Assembly: GCA_963422735.1 (NCBI GenBank)
Contig: OY730476.1
Span: forward strand, 2,112,001 to 2,176,000
DNA from: Candidatus Latescibacterota bacterium
GTDB lineage: Bacteria; Latescibacterota; UBA2968; UBA8231
DNA: 64,000 nt
Direction of reading: 5' to 3'
A program made the translations under genes and the position numbers. A model generated the notes under the pieces. It was not told the origin of the DNA. It did no database searches and saw only the letters and a list, made by a program, of their open reading frames with translations. Of the stretch, positions 9,827-19,891 are shown in pieces. Position 1 is the stretch's first letter. Every line of letters starts with the position of its first letter.

Positions 9827-11262
9827 GCGTAGAACGATGGGGCGTGTTCGAGGTGGAATTACAAGGGCCAGCAGAGGGCAATCCTTTTGTCGATGTAGCA
9901 TTGGGCGCGGAGTTCCGCCAAGGCGACGCAGCGATTAAAGTGCCCGGCATTTACGACGGCGACGGCATCTATAAGGTGCGTTTTATGCCATCTCAAGAAG
10001 GCGAATGGACCTATCGCACCTACAGCAATGTGGCGGTGCTCAACGGACAGACCGGCAGCTTTTGCTGCACCGCACCAGCGCCCGACAACCACGGGCCAGT
10101 GCGGGTGCGTCACCAATACCATTTCGGCTACGAAGACGGCACGCCCTACTTCCCCTTCGGCACCACCTGCTACGCTTGGGTCCACCAAGGCGATGCGCTA
10201 GAGCAGCAGACGCTCAAGACCTTGGAGACCGCCGGCTTCAACAAGCTGCGGATGTGCGTTTTTCCCAAGGACTACATCTTCAACAAAAACGAGCCGGTCT
10301 ATTATCCCTTTGCGAAAAAGGCCGATGGCAACTGGGATTTTACTCGCTACGACGCAGCCTTCTTCCGCCATCTCGAACAGCGCATCGTCCAGCTCGGTGC
10401 TCTAGGCATAGAGGCCGATATCATCCTCTTCCATCCCTATGATCGCTGGGGCTACGCCAAGATGGCGCACGAGCAGGACTACGCCTACCTGCGTTACGTG
10501 GTCGCTCGGTTGGCGGCCTTGCGCAATGTCTGGTGGTCCATGGCTAACGAATACGACTTCATGCTGCGAGACAAGCCGATGGCGGTCTGGGACCGCTTCT
10601 TCGAGATCGTGCAGGAAAACGACCCCTATGGCCATCTGCGCTCGATCCACAACGGCCATGTTGACAAGAATTACGACCACGCTAAGCCCGGGGTGACCCA
10701 CGTCTGCGTACAGAATTGGGATGTAAAGAAGATGCGCCAGTGGCGTACTGCCTATGGCAAGCCGGTCATCGACGACGAATGCGAGTACGAGGGCAATATC
10801 CTGCGCAACTGGGGCAATATTTCCGCCCGCGAGTTGGTACACCGCTACTGGATCTGCATCGCGTACGGCGGGTACGCCGGCCACGGCGAGACCTACGAAC
10901 ACCCCGAGGACATTCTGTGGTGGTCCAAGGGCGGGGTGCTGCACGGCGAGAGCTGGCCGCGGCTGAAGTTTTTGCACCAGATCGTCGAGCAAGGCCCAGC
11001 CGAGGGCATTGAGCCTTTTGCTGGCGGGTTCCCTTGGGACCGCACCGCCGCCGGCCAGCGCGGCAACTACCGCTTGATCTACTTCGGCGAACACCAGCCG
11101 CGCCACTTCGGCGACGGCCTGCCGCAAGAGGGACGCTACGAGGCCGATGTAATCGACACTTGGGAAATGACCGTGGAGACGTTGGGCACCTTTGAGGGTC
11201 AGGTGCCGATCGAGCTGCCCGGTCGGCCCCGTTTAGCGCTGCGGATCAAGCCGGTGAAGTAA
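9823..11262 (+). CDS. DUF5060/DUF4038/DUF5605 putative glycoside hydrolase (apiosidase-like)
   Basis: VERWGVFE, GNPF, GTTCYAW, WWSMANEYD, DECEYEG, YAGHGET. Confidence 0.75.
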   Translation: MSVERWGVFEVELQGPAEGNPFVDVALGAEFRQGDAAIKVPGIYDGDGIYKVRFMPSQEGEWTYRTYSNVAVLNGQTGSFCCTAPAPDNHGPVRVRHQYHFGYEDGTPYFPFGTTCYAWVHQGDALEQQTLKTLETAGFNKLRMCVFPKDYIFNKNEPVYYPFAKKADGNWDFTRYDAAFFRHLEQRIVQLGALGIEADIILFHPYDRWGYAKMAHEQDYAYLRYVVARLAALRNVWWSMANEYDFMLRDKPMAVWDRFFEIVQENDPYGHLRSIHNGHVDKNYDHAKPGVTHVCVQNWDVKKMRQWRTAYGKPVIDDECEYEGNILRNWGNISARELVHRYWICIAYGGYAGHGETYEHPEDILWWSKGGVLHGESWPRLKFLHQIVEQGPAEGIEPFAGGFPWDRTAAGQRGNYRLIYFGEHQPRHFGDGLPQEGRYEADVIDTWEMTVETLGTFEGQVPIELPGRPRLALRIKPVK

Positions 11263-11273
11263 TTATTGCGCCG

Positions 11274-12032
11274 TTACTCAGGTACAGAGGCACCGAAGGC
11301 CGCTGCAAAAGCCCGCGACTTGGGATTGAGCACTGAGTAGAAGGCGCGGACCTCCGGGTCGGGGTGGTCGCGCCAGAGCCGAGCGGGCAGGGTCGTGTAG
11401 TTGCTCAAATGGGGTTGGTCGCGGCGTCCGTAGTAGATCTGTGCGGTTTTGCGTTCTTGTTGAGTCGGGCGGATGGTCGCCGTATGCAACACCGAAAGGT
11501 TGAAGAGCACGACGGTGCCGGCCGGGCCGTGCAGGTCCGTGATACCGCCGCGGGCGAGTTGGTCTTCTTGGTCCAAAATGGGAGCGTCGGCAGCTTCGGG
11601 CGAGAGGGAGAAGCAGTGAGTGGTCTCGTCAACGGCGGCCAGATAGACGAGAGCGTGAATATACTGGGTGCGCAGGGGGTGTTGCTGCCAGTGCGGACGG
11701 TCGCGGTGCCAGCGTTGCCAGCCTTCGCCCTCGTAGGGTGCCATGTGGCGCAAGCAGGCTTCAGAGAGGCCGATGGGGGCACCAAGAAGTGCTTCCACTG
11801 CGTCGAGGATTTGCGGGTGGCGGATGATTTCTTCGGCTACAGGCCAAGTGATCAGGGGATCGCAATTGACGGTCTGGTAGGCACTCTCCAAGGGACGCCA
11901 GATGGCGCGGCCCCAAGTTGCGCGGTCCTCGTCAAAGCCATGACGCAGGCGGGCGGTGTCTTGGTCGGAGAAAAGTTGGCCTAGGCAAACGTAGCCATTG
12001 CGGCGAAAAAATTCGTAGTCTGATGCGTTCAT
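11274..12032 (-). CDS. PhyH family dioxygenase
   Basis: FRRNGY, WHRD, GPAGTVVLFN, LHTA. Confidence 0.8.
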   Translation of the reverse strand: MNASDYEFFRRNGYVCLGQLFSDQDTARLRHGFDEDRATWGRAIWRPLESAYQTVNCDPLITWPVAEEIIRHPQILDAVEALLGAPIGLSEACLRHMAPYEGEGWQRWHRDRPHWQQHPLRTQYIHALVYLAAVDETTHCFSLSPEAADAPILDQEDQLARGGITDLHGPAGTVVLFNLSVLHTATIRPTQQERKTAQIYYGRRDQPHLSNYTTLPARLWRDHPDPEVRAFYSVLNPKSRAFAAAFGASVPE

Positions 12033-12098
12033 CGGCGTTGCTCGGGATGGCCTCTTTGCTCGGGCGGTTGAACGGGTTGGTGCAAAGCAACCGACGAA

Positions 12099-12977
12099 TC
12101 AGCGAGCGAACCAGCGAATCGGGTGTCGTCGCGTTCCATCGGCAAAGGCGAGCGAATAGGGATCGCATTGCCGATAGACAACCACCCCGTCGGTGCGCAG
12201 CACCAGCCAGCCAAAGTCCCAGCCCTTGCTCTGGTAGCACATGGGGATACTTGGCCGGACGCGGATGACCGGATGCGATCCGGCAATAAAGAGCTGCTGC
12301 TCGACATAGTAATAGCCCGAGCCGGTCTCGACGAATACCTCGTGGGCTAGGCCCGCTCCGGGCAGGTCCGCGCACAAATCGCCAATGCCGACCTTGATGG
12401 ATGCGCCGTCGCCAAAGGCGGTGGCGAGGGCGTTGATGGAGCCGGAGAGGATGTGGCCGTGGGCGTCGTGGTGCAATAGTTCCTCCCACGTGTCGGCGAC
12501 GTAGAACTTATAAAGGTCAAAGTCGTAAACGAAATTGTGGCTGGGGGCGTTGGTCGCTAGGTCATGGCTGTCGAGCAAGTGGTACTTCGGCATGGGGGGC
12601 AGCCCCTCCTCGGAGGTGGGCACGGTCTTTTGCCCGTCGAGGTGGGGACGGCCAAGGGCTTGGTGGCCGTCTTGGTTGTAGAGGAAAAACGACAGCGAGG
12701 GCCGCGGCCCAAATCCGTCGGGCAGGGACACGGGCTGGCGTAGGCTCATCAGGCCAGCGGCCCAGCGGTCTTCGACGAGATACGTCACGGCAAACTCGGC
12801 CACCTCGCGCACTTTCTCGTTGCTGAGGGAGCGCACATCAACGTGCTCGTTGTGGCGAAATTCGGTGTAGATGTGCAGGTCCGCGCCACGGCGGATGGCG
12901 CGGACCAAGGAATCTTGGCTGCCGGCGACGATCTTGCGCGACGAATCTAGCACTAAGGGGCAGGTCCAAGGGCGCAT
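12099..12977 (-). CDS. hypothetical protein
   Basis: 292-codon ORF from MRPW with AAGGGA upstream; no motif recognised. Confidence 0.65.
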   Translation of the reverse strand: MRPWTCPLVLDSSRKIVAGSQDSLVRAIRRGADLHIYTEFRHNEHVDVRSLSNEKVREVAEFAVTYLVEDRWAAGLMSLRQPVSLPDGFGPRPSLSFFLYNQDGHQALGRPHLDGQKTVPTSEEGLPPMPKYHLLDSHDLATNAPSHNFVYDFDLYKFYVADTWEELLHHDAHGHILSGSINALATAFGDGASIKVGIGDLCADLPGAGLAHEVFVETGSGYYYVEQQLFIAGSHPVIRVRPSIPMCYQSKGWDFGWLVLRTDGVVVYRQCDPYSLAFADGTRRHPIRWFAR

Positions 12978-12981
12978 AGTG

Positions 12982-13086
12982 CTATCCCTTGCCGCCGACG
13001 CTGACCAGTCGGGCCAATAGGTCGGGCAGGTCAGCGCGGGCGGTGAAATTATTGCCAATGAAAAGGGCGCAGGTGATATTGGCCAT
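12982..13086 (-). pseudogene. truncated 5' copy of the SGNH hydrolase gene (34 codons)
   Basis: MANITCALFIGNNFTARADLPDLLARLVSVGGKG* versus MANITRILFIGNSFTARNDLPGLIAQFVFAGGKG from 7941. Confidence 0.8.
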
Positions 13087-13414
13087 AGTCAGCCCTCGGT
13101 TTGGGTTGCGGTGCCTCTTGCTCAACATACACACCGCTTCGTCCCGCGCCAAGTTGGAAATTGGCCCTGCACACCGTACATGCTCAGGGCATTTTGTCGA
13201 TAAAAGCTACTGCAACCAATAGGCTTGCATGTGGTGCTCAGGGTCTCGATATTGGCGATTTTCATACAGCCTAGCAGTCGCCCCATCGGGGTTGACCAAG
13301 GCTCAAATGCCCGCTTTACTTCCCGGCACCTCAGAAGGTCATCCCAAAGTTTTGCGAGAGCCGTGCCGCTTAGAAACCACATCTTTCAACAATCTTATCC
13401 CACGGAGAACAGCC

Positions 13415-14296
13415 ATGATTGAACACGCCAACACCTCGCGCTCAATTACTGCAGAAACGGTGGAAATGCCCACCGATGAGAAGTACCTCTTCGACCTGCT
13501 CGGATTTTTGATCGTACGGGACGTGCTGAGCGAGGAACATCTGAAGCTGGCTAACGACGCCATCGACTCGATGGAGCTCATACCGAGCCCGGATTACTTT
13601 GGCGACTCCGTTGCTTTGAAGGGTGAAAACACCTCGACGCGCCTCGGCAACAGCCAGGACCTGTTGGAATTGCCGCGGCCGTTCTGCGAGCCCTTCAGAG
13701 AGATGCTGGCGCATCCCAAAACCATCCCTCACCTCAACACTATCCTCGGGGAAGGCTGGCGGCTCGACCACGGTCCTGGTCTGATCGCTATGGACAAGGG
13801 ATGTTCCGGCGGCATGCTCCACGGCAGCTTCGACAACGCACCCTATTTCTACCGAGAGAGTACGATATTCACCGGCCTCTGCGTCATCGAATACCTGCTC
13901 GCCGATGAAGGGGCCGGCGACGGTGGCATCAGCGTCATTGCCGGCAGCCACAAGGCTAACTTGACCTGCCCGGCCAAGATGCTCAGATGGGAACAGTACC
14001 AAGAATACGTGACTGAGATAAACGCCAAAGCTGGCGACGCCATCATCTTCAGCGAGGCGTGTACCCACGGCACCCTCCCGTGGAAGGCCGACCACCAGCG
14101 CCGGGCCATCCTCTACAAGTACAACGCCGGGCACATGGCATGGGGCGGAGGCGGAGTGCGCGGCCGGCGGCCGGCCTACTGGGACGAGCTCACCTCTCCC
14201 CAGCAGGCAGCCCTGCTCTTGCCCTCACACCATTCCCGCAGACCCAAGCAGAGCAACGGCTACGCAAGACTCGCCGAGGTGGCCGATTCGGTGTGA
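13415..14296 (+). CDS. PhyH family oxygenase with non-canonical H-G-S triad
   Basis: EKYLFDLLGF, MLHGS, IAGSHK, THGT; GGAG RBS before ATG 13415. Confidence 0.8.
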   Translation: MIEHANTSRSITAETVEMPTDEKYLFDLLGFLIVRDVLSEEHLKLANDAIDSMELIPSPDYFGDSVALKGENTSTRLGNSQDLLELPRPFCEPFREMLAHPKTIPHLNTILGEGWRLDHGPGLIAMDKGCSGGMLHGSFDNAPYFYRESTIFTGLCVIEYLLADEGAGDGGISVIAGSHKANLTCPAKMLRWEQYQEYVTEINAKAGDAIIFSEACTHGTLPWKADHQRRAILYKYNAGHMAWGGGGVRGRRPAYWDELTSPQQAALLLPSHHSRRPKQSNGYARLAEVADSV

Positions 14297-14306
14297 GGGG
14301 AGACTT

Positions 14307-14351
14307 AGAGGCCGCCGGGGGTTTGTCCCTGTCCCCGTGCAGACGGCTTCT
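14307..14351. repeat. internally deleted copy of the MITE-like repeat
   Basis: Ends AGAGGCCGCC / CAGACGGCTTCT; CCTGTCCCCGTGCAGACGG identical to 31673-31691. Confidence 0.55.
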
Positions 14352-15501
14352 AAGGCAGGGCCTCGAGGAGGCGATCGATATCCTCGTGGTTGTTGTACAC
14401 CGAGGGAGAGAGGCGCATCTTGTTGCCGAAACGCATCGCCACCTGAACATTGGCACTCCTGCAACTGGCCAAGACCGCTTCGGGGTGTGGGGCTACGAAG
14501 GAGAGTATGGGGCTTTCGTTCCCCTTCGGCGTGATCGATTTGTACCCCCTCTTAGGTAGCTCTTCCTGTAGGCGATCGGTCAGGTCTCTCGCGTGGTTTC
14601 GGATTCTGTCGACTCCGAGGCGCAGGATGTACTGTAGGCTCTCCTGGGCGCACACGACTCCTTCGTACGAGGGGTAACTGACCTCGTAGGCACCGACTCC
14701 GGTCGGGGGTGAAAACGATATCTCCTCACCAGCCGAATCAGGATCTTCCACCCAAGGGGGATAGTTGAGTACCACACCACCCGTGGGTTGAGACGGTTTG
14801 AGCACGTCGAGCTGCAGATCAGAGCGAACGTACAGAAACCCGAACCCCTTTACGCCCATCAGCCACTTGAACGTCGAACAAGCCGCAAAGTCGATGCCCA
14901 TCGCCTTGACGTCGATTGGAACGCCGCCCGCGGCCTGCATGATGTCGACGTACAGATACGCGCCGTTGTCGTGCGCCAGCTTGCTCAGCGCCGCGACATC
15001 TGCGACATACCCATTGACGTTTGACACCAATGCCACCGAAAGCAGCCGGGTATTGCCATCAACCGCGTCTTCCATGGCGGCCATGTCGATTTGCCAGTTG
15101 CGATTCTTGACGATCCGCACATCGAGACCTTGCTGCTGGCGAAACTTGTAATTGTACATGCAGGGGTTGAAGGTCAAATCCGACGTCACCACATTGCCGC
15201 CCGCCAGATGATCCTGCAAGCCGTTGAGGATATTGCTCTCCGATTCCACTGTGCTGCGCGCAAAGGCGATTTCTCCGGGGTCGGCGTTGATGAGCCGGGC
15301 AAATAGGGCGTTGGCTTTGTCTCGCGGCGGTGCCCAAGCCGGCCACCACGGCTCCCCCACCTCGTGCGCGACCCAATCGACGTACCGGTGCAGGGCCGCC
15401 GCCGAATGCACACTGATCGGATGGGACGAGGCGTTGTCGAAGTACGCCATGGTCCGCGCTCGCGGGAAGTCTTCGCGTACTCTCTCAAAAAGATCGGTCA
15501 T
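14350..15501 (-). CDS. aminotransferase class V / cysteine desulfurase-like PLP enzyme
   Basis: YFDNAS, VDIMQAAG, CSTFKWLMG (PLP lysine), RLSPSVYN. Confidence 0.85.
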   Translation of the reverse strand: MTDLFERVREDFPRARTMAYFDNASSHPISVHSAAALHRYVDWVAHEVGEPWWPAWAPPRDKANALFARLINADPGEIAFARSTVESESNILNGLQDHLAGGNVVTSDLTFNPCMYNYKFRQQQGLDVRIVKNRNWQIDMAAMEDAVDGNTRLLSVALVSNVNGYVADVAALSKLAHDNGAYLYVDIMQAAGGVPIDVKAMGIDFAACSTFKWLMGVKGFGFLYVRSDLQLDVLKPSQPTGGVVLNYPPWVEDPDSAGEEISFSPPTGVGAYEVSYPSYEGVVCAQESLQYILRLGVDRIRNHARDLTDRLQEELPKRGYKSITPKGNESPILSFVAPHPEAVLASCRSANVQVAMRFGNKMRLSPSVYNNHEDIDRLLEALP

Positions 15502-15719
15502 ACTCGGCTACCTCGGTATAAAATCCAGCGTTCGGGGCCGCCAGCGTGATCGTAGTTTTTGATGTAAGGCGGATCCACGGGTTTTTCGACCAATTGGATT
15601 CCCCCCAAGCCATGGGAGACGAGTTCGACGCGAAAGCGGCTTTTCACTTCAACGGCGATGGACACTTGGCCGTATTCGGGCAGGACGTCGAGGCTTTCTT
15701 CTCGAATGCGAATGTCCAT
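15498..15719 (-). pseudogene. N-terminal fragment of a GNAT acetyltransferase
   Basis: LPEYGQVSIAVEV...GLGGIQLVEKPVDPPYIKNYD resembles streptothricin-acetyltransferase-like N-termini; acetyl-CoA-binding half absent. Confidence 0.5.
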
Positions 15720-15864
15720 TGGCGTTGTCGAGCCTGAAGGTTAGGTGAAGCGATCTCCTTGCGATGCCCTTGGGCCGGGAACGGATTCCCTGTCCTGTAT
15801 AGCCGCTTGTGGAGTGATAAGAGTTCGTTCTTCAGATCAAACACACATTGGCGACACGACTCTT

Positions 15865-16000
15865 CAGATTGTACGAGCGAGCCGAGGAATCGGGACAGCG
15901 AATGCGTGGCCGCCGCGTCCGCCGTTTTCTTGAACAAGAGCTGTCTGGCGGACAGCAGTACGGGCGCCAGAAGCAGACATGTGTAATCAACGAGGTTCAT
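15865..16000 (-). pseudogene. 5' fragment of an EamA/DMT (ArnE/F-like) small transporter
   Basis: MNLVDYTCLLLAPVLLSARQLLFKK; the first TM and QLLFK motif only, then unrelated sequence. Confidence 0.45.
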
Positions 16001-16042
16001 GGCGATCCATCCTACCGTCGGCGCAACAGAGTTGCAGCTACG

Positions 16043-16850
16043 TTATTCGGCAGCAAGGTCGTACTCCGCCTCCCATAGCTGCCCCTCAGTGGTGAACTGG
16101 CCGGTGTGGATGCGGGCGATGGGATAGTCCCGCGATGTATCGCCCGTCGGCCATGAACCCGTATAGGTCTAAATCAAAGTCCAGATTGTCGAACCCGTAC
16201 CGGCGACGGTGGTCGGAGAGATCGGCCTGTTCGATCGGAAGGACATGCGGAAAGACCGGCGCTTCCAGGTCCTCGTCGCGGCATTCTTACTTAACGTAAA
16301 TCAGCCTGTTTTCGTTCTCGTCCAGATACACGTCGAAGTCGGCGCGGGCGATCAGCCGGGACTCCTTTAGGATAGTCTCCGGAATTGATTATTCATCCGG
16401 CTGTTCCGTATTGTTACTTAAATAGCTGATTTTCTCGAATTTGATTCTATAACTTCGGATTCAGCATCCGATGCAGTATATTCTCTATCGTCCGCTGGAT
16501 TTTCCTTTCTGGCTCGTTCCTGGGCACGAGGGCGTACTGGAACCGCAGCGATGCGGAATGAAAGGTCATCTGTCCGTTCGGGCGCATGAAGTATGACGTG
16601 TGCGCCATGAGCTTTTTTCCTCCTTTACCGTGGTAGGGGGAGAGGAACACAATCTGCTCCTGTACGCTAGGAGCCGGATATGATGATCGGGGGACAGATA
16701 TACTCCATAGTTGGCTATGCGCAGCAGAACGAGCCCGCCGGCCAGCGCACCGATTGCCGCTCGAACTTGAACCGTCTCATGGCGTCATTCCCTTTGTGCG
16801 CGAACCGCTGCTGCGAAGCCGCGCCCCACGCCGTAACCGTCGTGCGTCAT
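16043..16850 (-). pseudogene. decayed membrane protein (GT-C-like N-terminus) with a C-terminal FDVYLD...GFDNLDF domain
   Basis: ATG 16850 overlaps the GT2 stop; pieces VLLRIANYGVYLSPD and RADFDVYLDENENRLIYVK*EC...HRRRYGFDNLDF...IARIHTGQF with stops and frameshifts. Confidence 0.5.
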
Positions 16851-17398
16851 GATTCGCCTCTCCCCTGCGTGGAGATCAGCGCCAGCAGGAAGCCGAAGAA
16901 CATCACTTGCACACCCACGACCAGCAGCGCGACGGAGGGGATGGCGATGCTCAGGCGCGTCTCGATGGCCACAGCGCCGGTCTGCACCCAGACGAACAGG
17001 CTGACGCTTCCTGTTAGCGCGAGGCCGACGGCGAGGCAGGGCTCCAGAATCCGGCACTGCTGCACCCAATTTCTCAGCCGCCCTTCGGTGAGGCCGATGG
17101 CGTCGCCGAAGGCGTCCGCCAGCAGGTGGAACGCCGCCAACTGAAAGCCGCATATCGTGAAGGCGGAGCCGAACAACATGGTATAGACGCCGAACCCGGC
17201 GGGAATCAGAAACGGCGCGGCCATGGCGAGCGCACCCGCCGCCAGCAGCGCGCAGCCGGGATACAGGAACAGCCAGCGGGGAGAGAGCATGAGCAGCAGG
17301 CGTAAATGACGCCAGCCGTCCCTAAAGGTTCGCAGCCGCGAGGAGCGGTCGGGGTCGAGGGCGCGGCACTGACTCGTCGGCACCTCGGCGATGCGCAT
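16847..17398 (-). pseudogene. C-terminal half of a GT2 polyprenyl-phosphate glycosyltransferase
   Basis: MRIAEVPT...SRLRTFRDGWRHLR...SPRWLF followed by TM helices; catalytic N-terminus absent. Confidence 0.7.
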
Positions 17399-17534
17399 GT
17401 TCTTCTTCGTGGTCTGTTTTTTTATGGATACTTATAACAATAGTCCGGAAGTCCAGACAGTCTTGCCGAAAAAAGGTGCATGATGGATTATGGCAAAATT
17501 GCTGCTTAAAAATGTCCTAACCATTGTTGTAGAG

Positions 17535-18665
17535 TTATCGCCTCAACCTCCCGGCGACTCCTTCATCCACCTCAATGCCCAATCCCGGCCCAGCCGGTAC
17601 GCGCACAAAGCTGTCCTCTTGGTCAAACGGCTCCGCGCATAGCTCTTGGCGGATGACACTTGGCGTGCGATCGAATTCCATCACCGGCTCCTGCAAATAG
17701 GGCTGGGCATTGTGCGCTGGTGGGCAGGGAGGCAAGGTGGCGGCAAGGTGCAAGGTGGCGGCGATCATAACGGGCGAACCCCAGACATGGGGGTTGACCT
17801 GAATGCCGCAGGCGTTGGCCATGGCACATATCCGCTGCATCTCGGTGATGCCGCCGCAGTGCATGATGTCGGGCTGGACAATGTCGTAGGCGCGGCGCGT
17901 CAGATAGGGCTTGAATTCGTAGCGGGTGCGCAGGTTTTCGCCGCCGGCAATGGCCATGGGCAGCGCGGCTTTGACTTCCAAATAGGCGTCTAGGTCTTGG
18001 GCGTTAACCGGCTCTTCAAACCACACCAACTCCAGCTCGGCCAGCTTCTGGCCAATGCGAATTGCCGTGGTGGCGTTGTAAGCTTCGTTGGCATCAACCA
18101 TGAGATGGATGTCCGGGCCGATGGCATTGCGCAACGCCCTGACGCGCTCTACATCCTCGGCAATGGACAGCCCCCCGACTTTAGTCTTCATCCCCGTGAA
18201 GCCTGCGGCCACATAGGCCCGCGCCTCGTCGAGCAGGCGGTCGGGGAACTCGCCTTCGGTATAGTAGAGGCCGGTGGCATAGACGGCGATTTTATCGCGA
18301 ACCTTGCCGCCGAGGAGGGCACAGACCGGAAGGCCGGTGGCTTTGCCGGCGAGATCCCAGAGGGCGATGTCGAGCGCGGAAAGGGCGCTGCCGGCTAGGC
18401 CGACCGCGTTGTTACCGTTGTATAGAGCGTGGAACATGCGCTCCCACAGCCTTGCGCGGTCCATGGGGTCTTGGCCGATGAGCAGCGGGGCGAGCAAGCT
18501 GTCGATGATGTCGGCGGCCGCGCCTTCGCCCCAGCCTATGAGGCCGTCGTCCGTAGTGACTTTGACGAGCGTGGTGGTGCGCTGGTCGATCCAGCCTTGG
18601 GACCAGCCAAAGGGGCACTCGAGTGAGCAGGTGAGGTCGAAGGTTTCGATGGCAGCGATTTTCAT
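17535..18665 (-). CDS. mandelate racemase/muconate lactonizing enzyme family (galactarolactone cycloisomerase-like)
   Basis: DIALWDLAGK, MKTKVG, VDAN, WFEEP, GEN, EFD. Confidence 0.85.
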   Translation of the reverse strand: MKIAAIETFDLTCSLECPFGWSQGWIDQRTTTLVKVTTDDGLIGWGEGAAADIIDSLLAPLLIGQDPMDRARLWERMFHALYNGNNAVGLAGSALSALDIALWDLAGKATGLPVCALLGGKVRDKIAVYATGLYYTEGEFPDRLLDEARAYVAAGFTGMKTKVGGLSIAEDVERVRALRNAIGPDIHLMVDANEAYNATTAIRIGQKLAELELVWFEEPVNAQDLDAYLEVKAALPMAIAGGENLRTRYEFKPYLTRRAYDIVQPDIMHCGGITEMQRICAMANACGIQVNPHVWGSPVMIAATLHLAATLPPCPPAHNAQPYLQEPVMEFDRTPSVIRQELCAEPFDQEDSFVRVPAGPGLGIEVDEGVAGRLRR

Positions 18666-18739
18666 AATTAGGGCTCTGAGGTTGACAGTCGTCGGAGGGG
18701 AATATAGGGTATTCAGGTTTGCAGATAAAGGAGACGAAC

Positions 18740-19879
18740 GTGAAAATCACCGCGGTGAAATTGCTGGTGTTGGAAGACCCAAGTGGCAAGGGGAGCGTCG
18801 GCCATAGCATTGCGCGGGTAGAGGGACTGCGGAGGATACAATACACGCATAAAGGCAGGCTCGATCGGGAACTGCGCCCGGTACGGCAGAGCTTTTTGGA
18901 GGTGCATACGGACGAGGGGATTGTGGGTCGCAGCGATACGTCGATGACGCCCTATCAGGCCGGCGTCGTGCGGTATCATGCAGTGGGGCGCAGCCCGTGG
19001 GAGCGCGAGGGGCTGTTTCAGCAGTTTTGGAAGGGAACCCGGTGGGTGTACCAGCCCCCGGGGTGGTTTGGGGCGTTTGACAACTGCCTGTGGGACATTT
19101 TGGGCAAGGCCGCGGGACTGCCGGTCTATGCGTTGGTGGGGCGCGTGCGGCCGCGACTGCCTGCGTATCTGACCGGCGGAGATACGGATATAGAAGGGTA
19201 TCTCAGAGCCATAGAGACTGGCAAAAAAATGGGCATTGGGGCGTATAAGTTTCATACGTATAAAGGGGGCAAGGCCGATATTCCCATTTACCGGGCCGTG
19301 CGGGATGCCGTGGGATCAGATTATGATTTGATCACCGATCCAGTGTGCTCCTATGACTTGCGCGAGGCCCTTGAAGTGGGGCGCGTGCTGGAGGAGCTGG
19401 ATTTTGTATGGTTGGAAGAGCCGATGCACGAGCAGAAGATGAATCAATATCAGGAGCTATGCCGAGCGTTGACCATTCCGGTTATGGGGACCGAGATGCT
19501 GATGCACGACATCGACTTGACGGCGCAATGGCTGATCCAAGGGGCGACCGATCGCCTGCGGGGCAATGCCCGACACGGGACGACGCAGGTGCTGAAACTG
19601 GCGCATCTGGCCGAGTTGCACGGAGCAAATATCGAACTGAATGCCGGTGGGGCGTTGGATGGGCTGGTACACGCGCACCTGGGCTGCTGTATCGACAACA
19701 CGGATTTCTACGAGTTTTTCGGGGCAACGGCCGACAGCTTGCGGCAGACCGGGGCGCGATGGGGGTTGCTCAACGCGCCCTTGATTGAAGAAGGGCACAT
19801 CGCGCCCCCGGATGGGCCGGGTTGGGGCGCGGAGTGGGACGAGGCGAAGTTCGGCTCGCTGGTAGTTGAAGAGCACTGA
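18740..19879 (+). CDS. mandelate racemase/muconate lactonizing enzyme family protein
   Basis: DNCLWDILGK, YKFH, WLEEP, PGWG; GTG 18740 after AAGGAG. Confidence 0.85.
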   Translation: MKITAVKLLVLEDPSGKGSVGHSIARVEGLRRIQYTHKGRLDRELRPVRQSFLEVHTDEGIVGRSDTSMTPYQAGVVRYHAVGRSPWEREGLFQQFWKGTRWVYQPPGWFGAFDNCLWDILGKAAGLPVYALVGRVRPRLPAYLTGGDTDIEGYLRAIETGKKMGIGAYKFHTYKGGKADIPIYRAVRDAVGSDYDLITDPVCSYDLREALEVGRVLEELDFVWLEEPMHEQKMNQYQELCRALTIPVMGTEMLMHDIDLTAQWLIQGATDRLRGNARHGTTQVLKLAHLAELHGANIELNAGGALDGLVHAHLGCCIDNTDFYEFFGATADSLRQTGARWGLLNAPLIEEGHIAPPDGPGWGAEWDEAKFGSLVVEEH

Positions 19880-19891
19880 AAAGGAGGGCGC

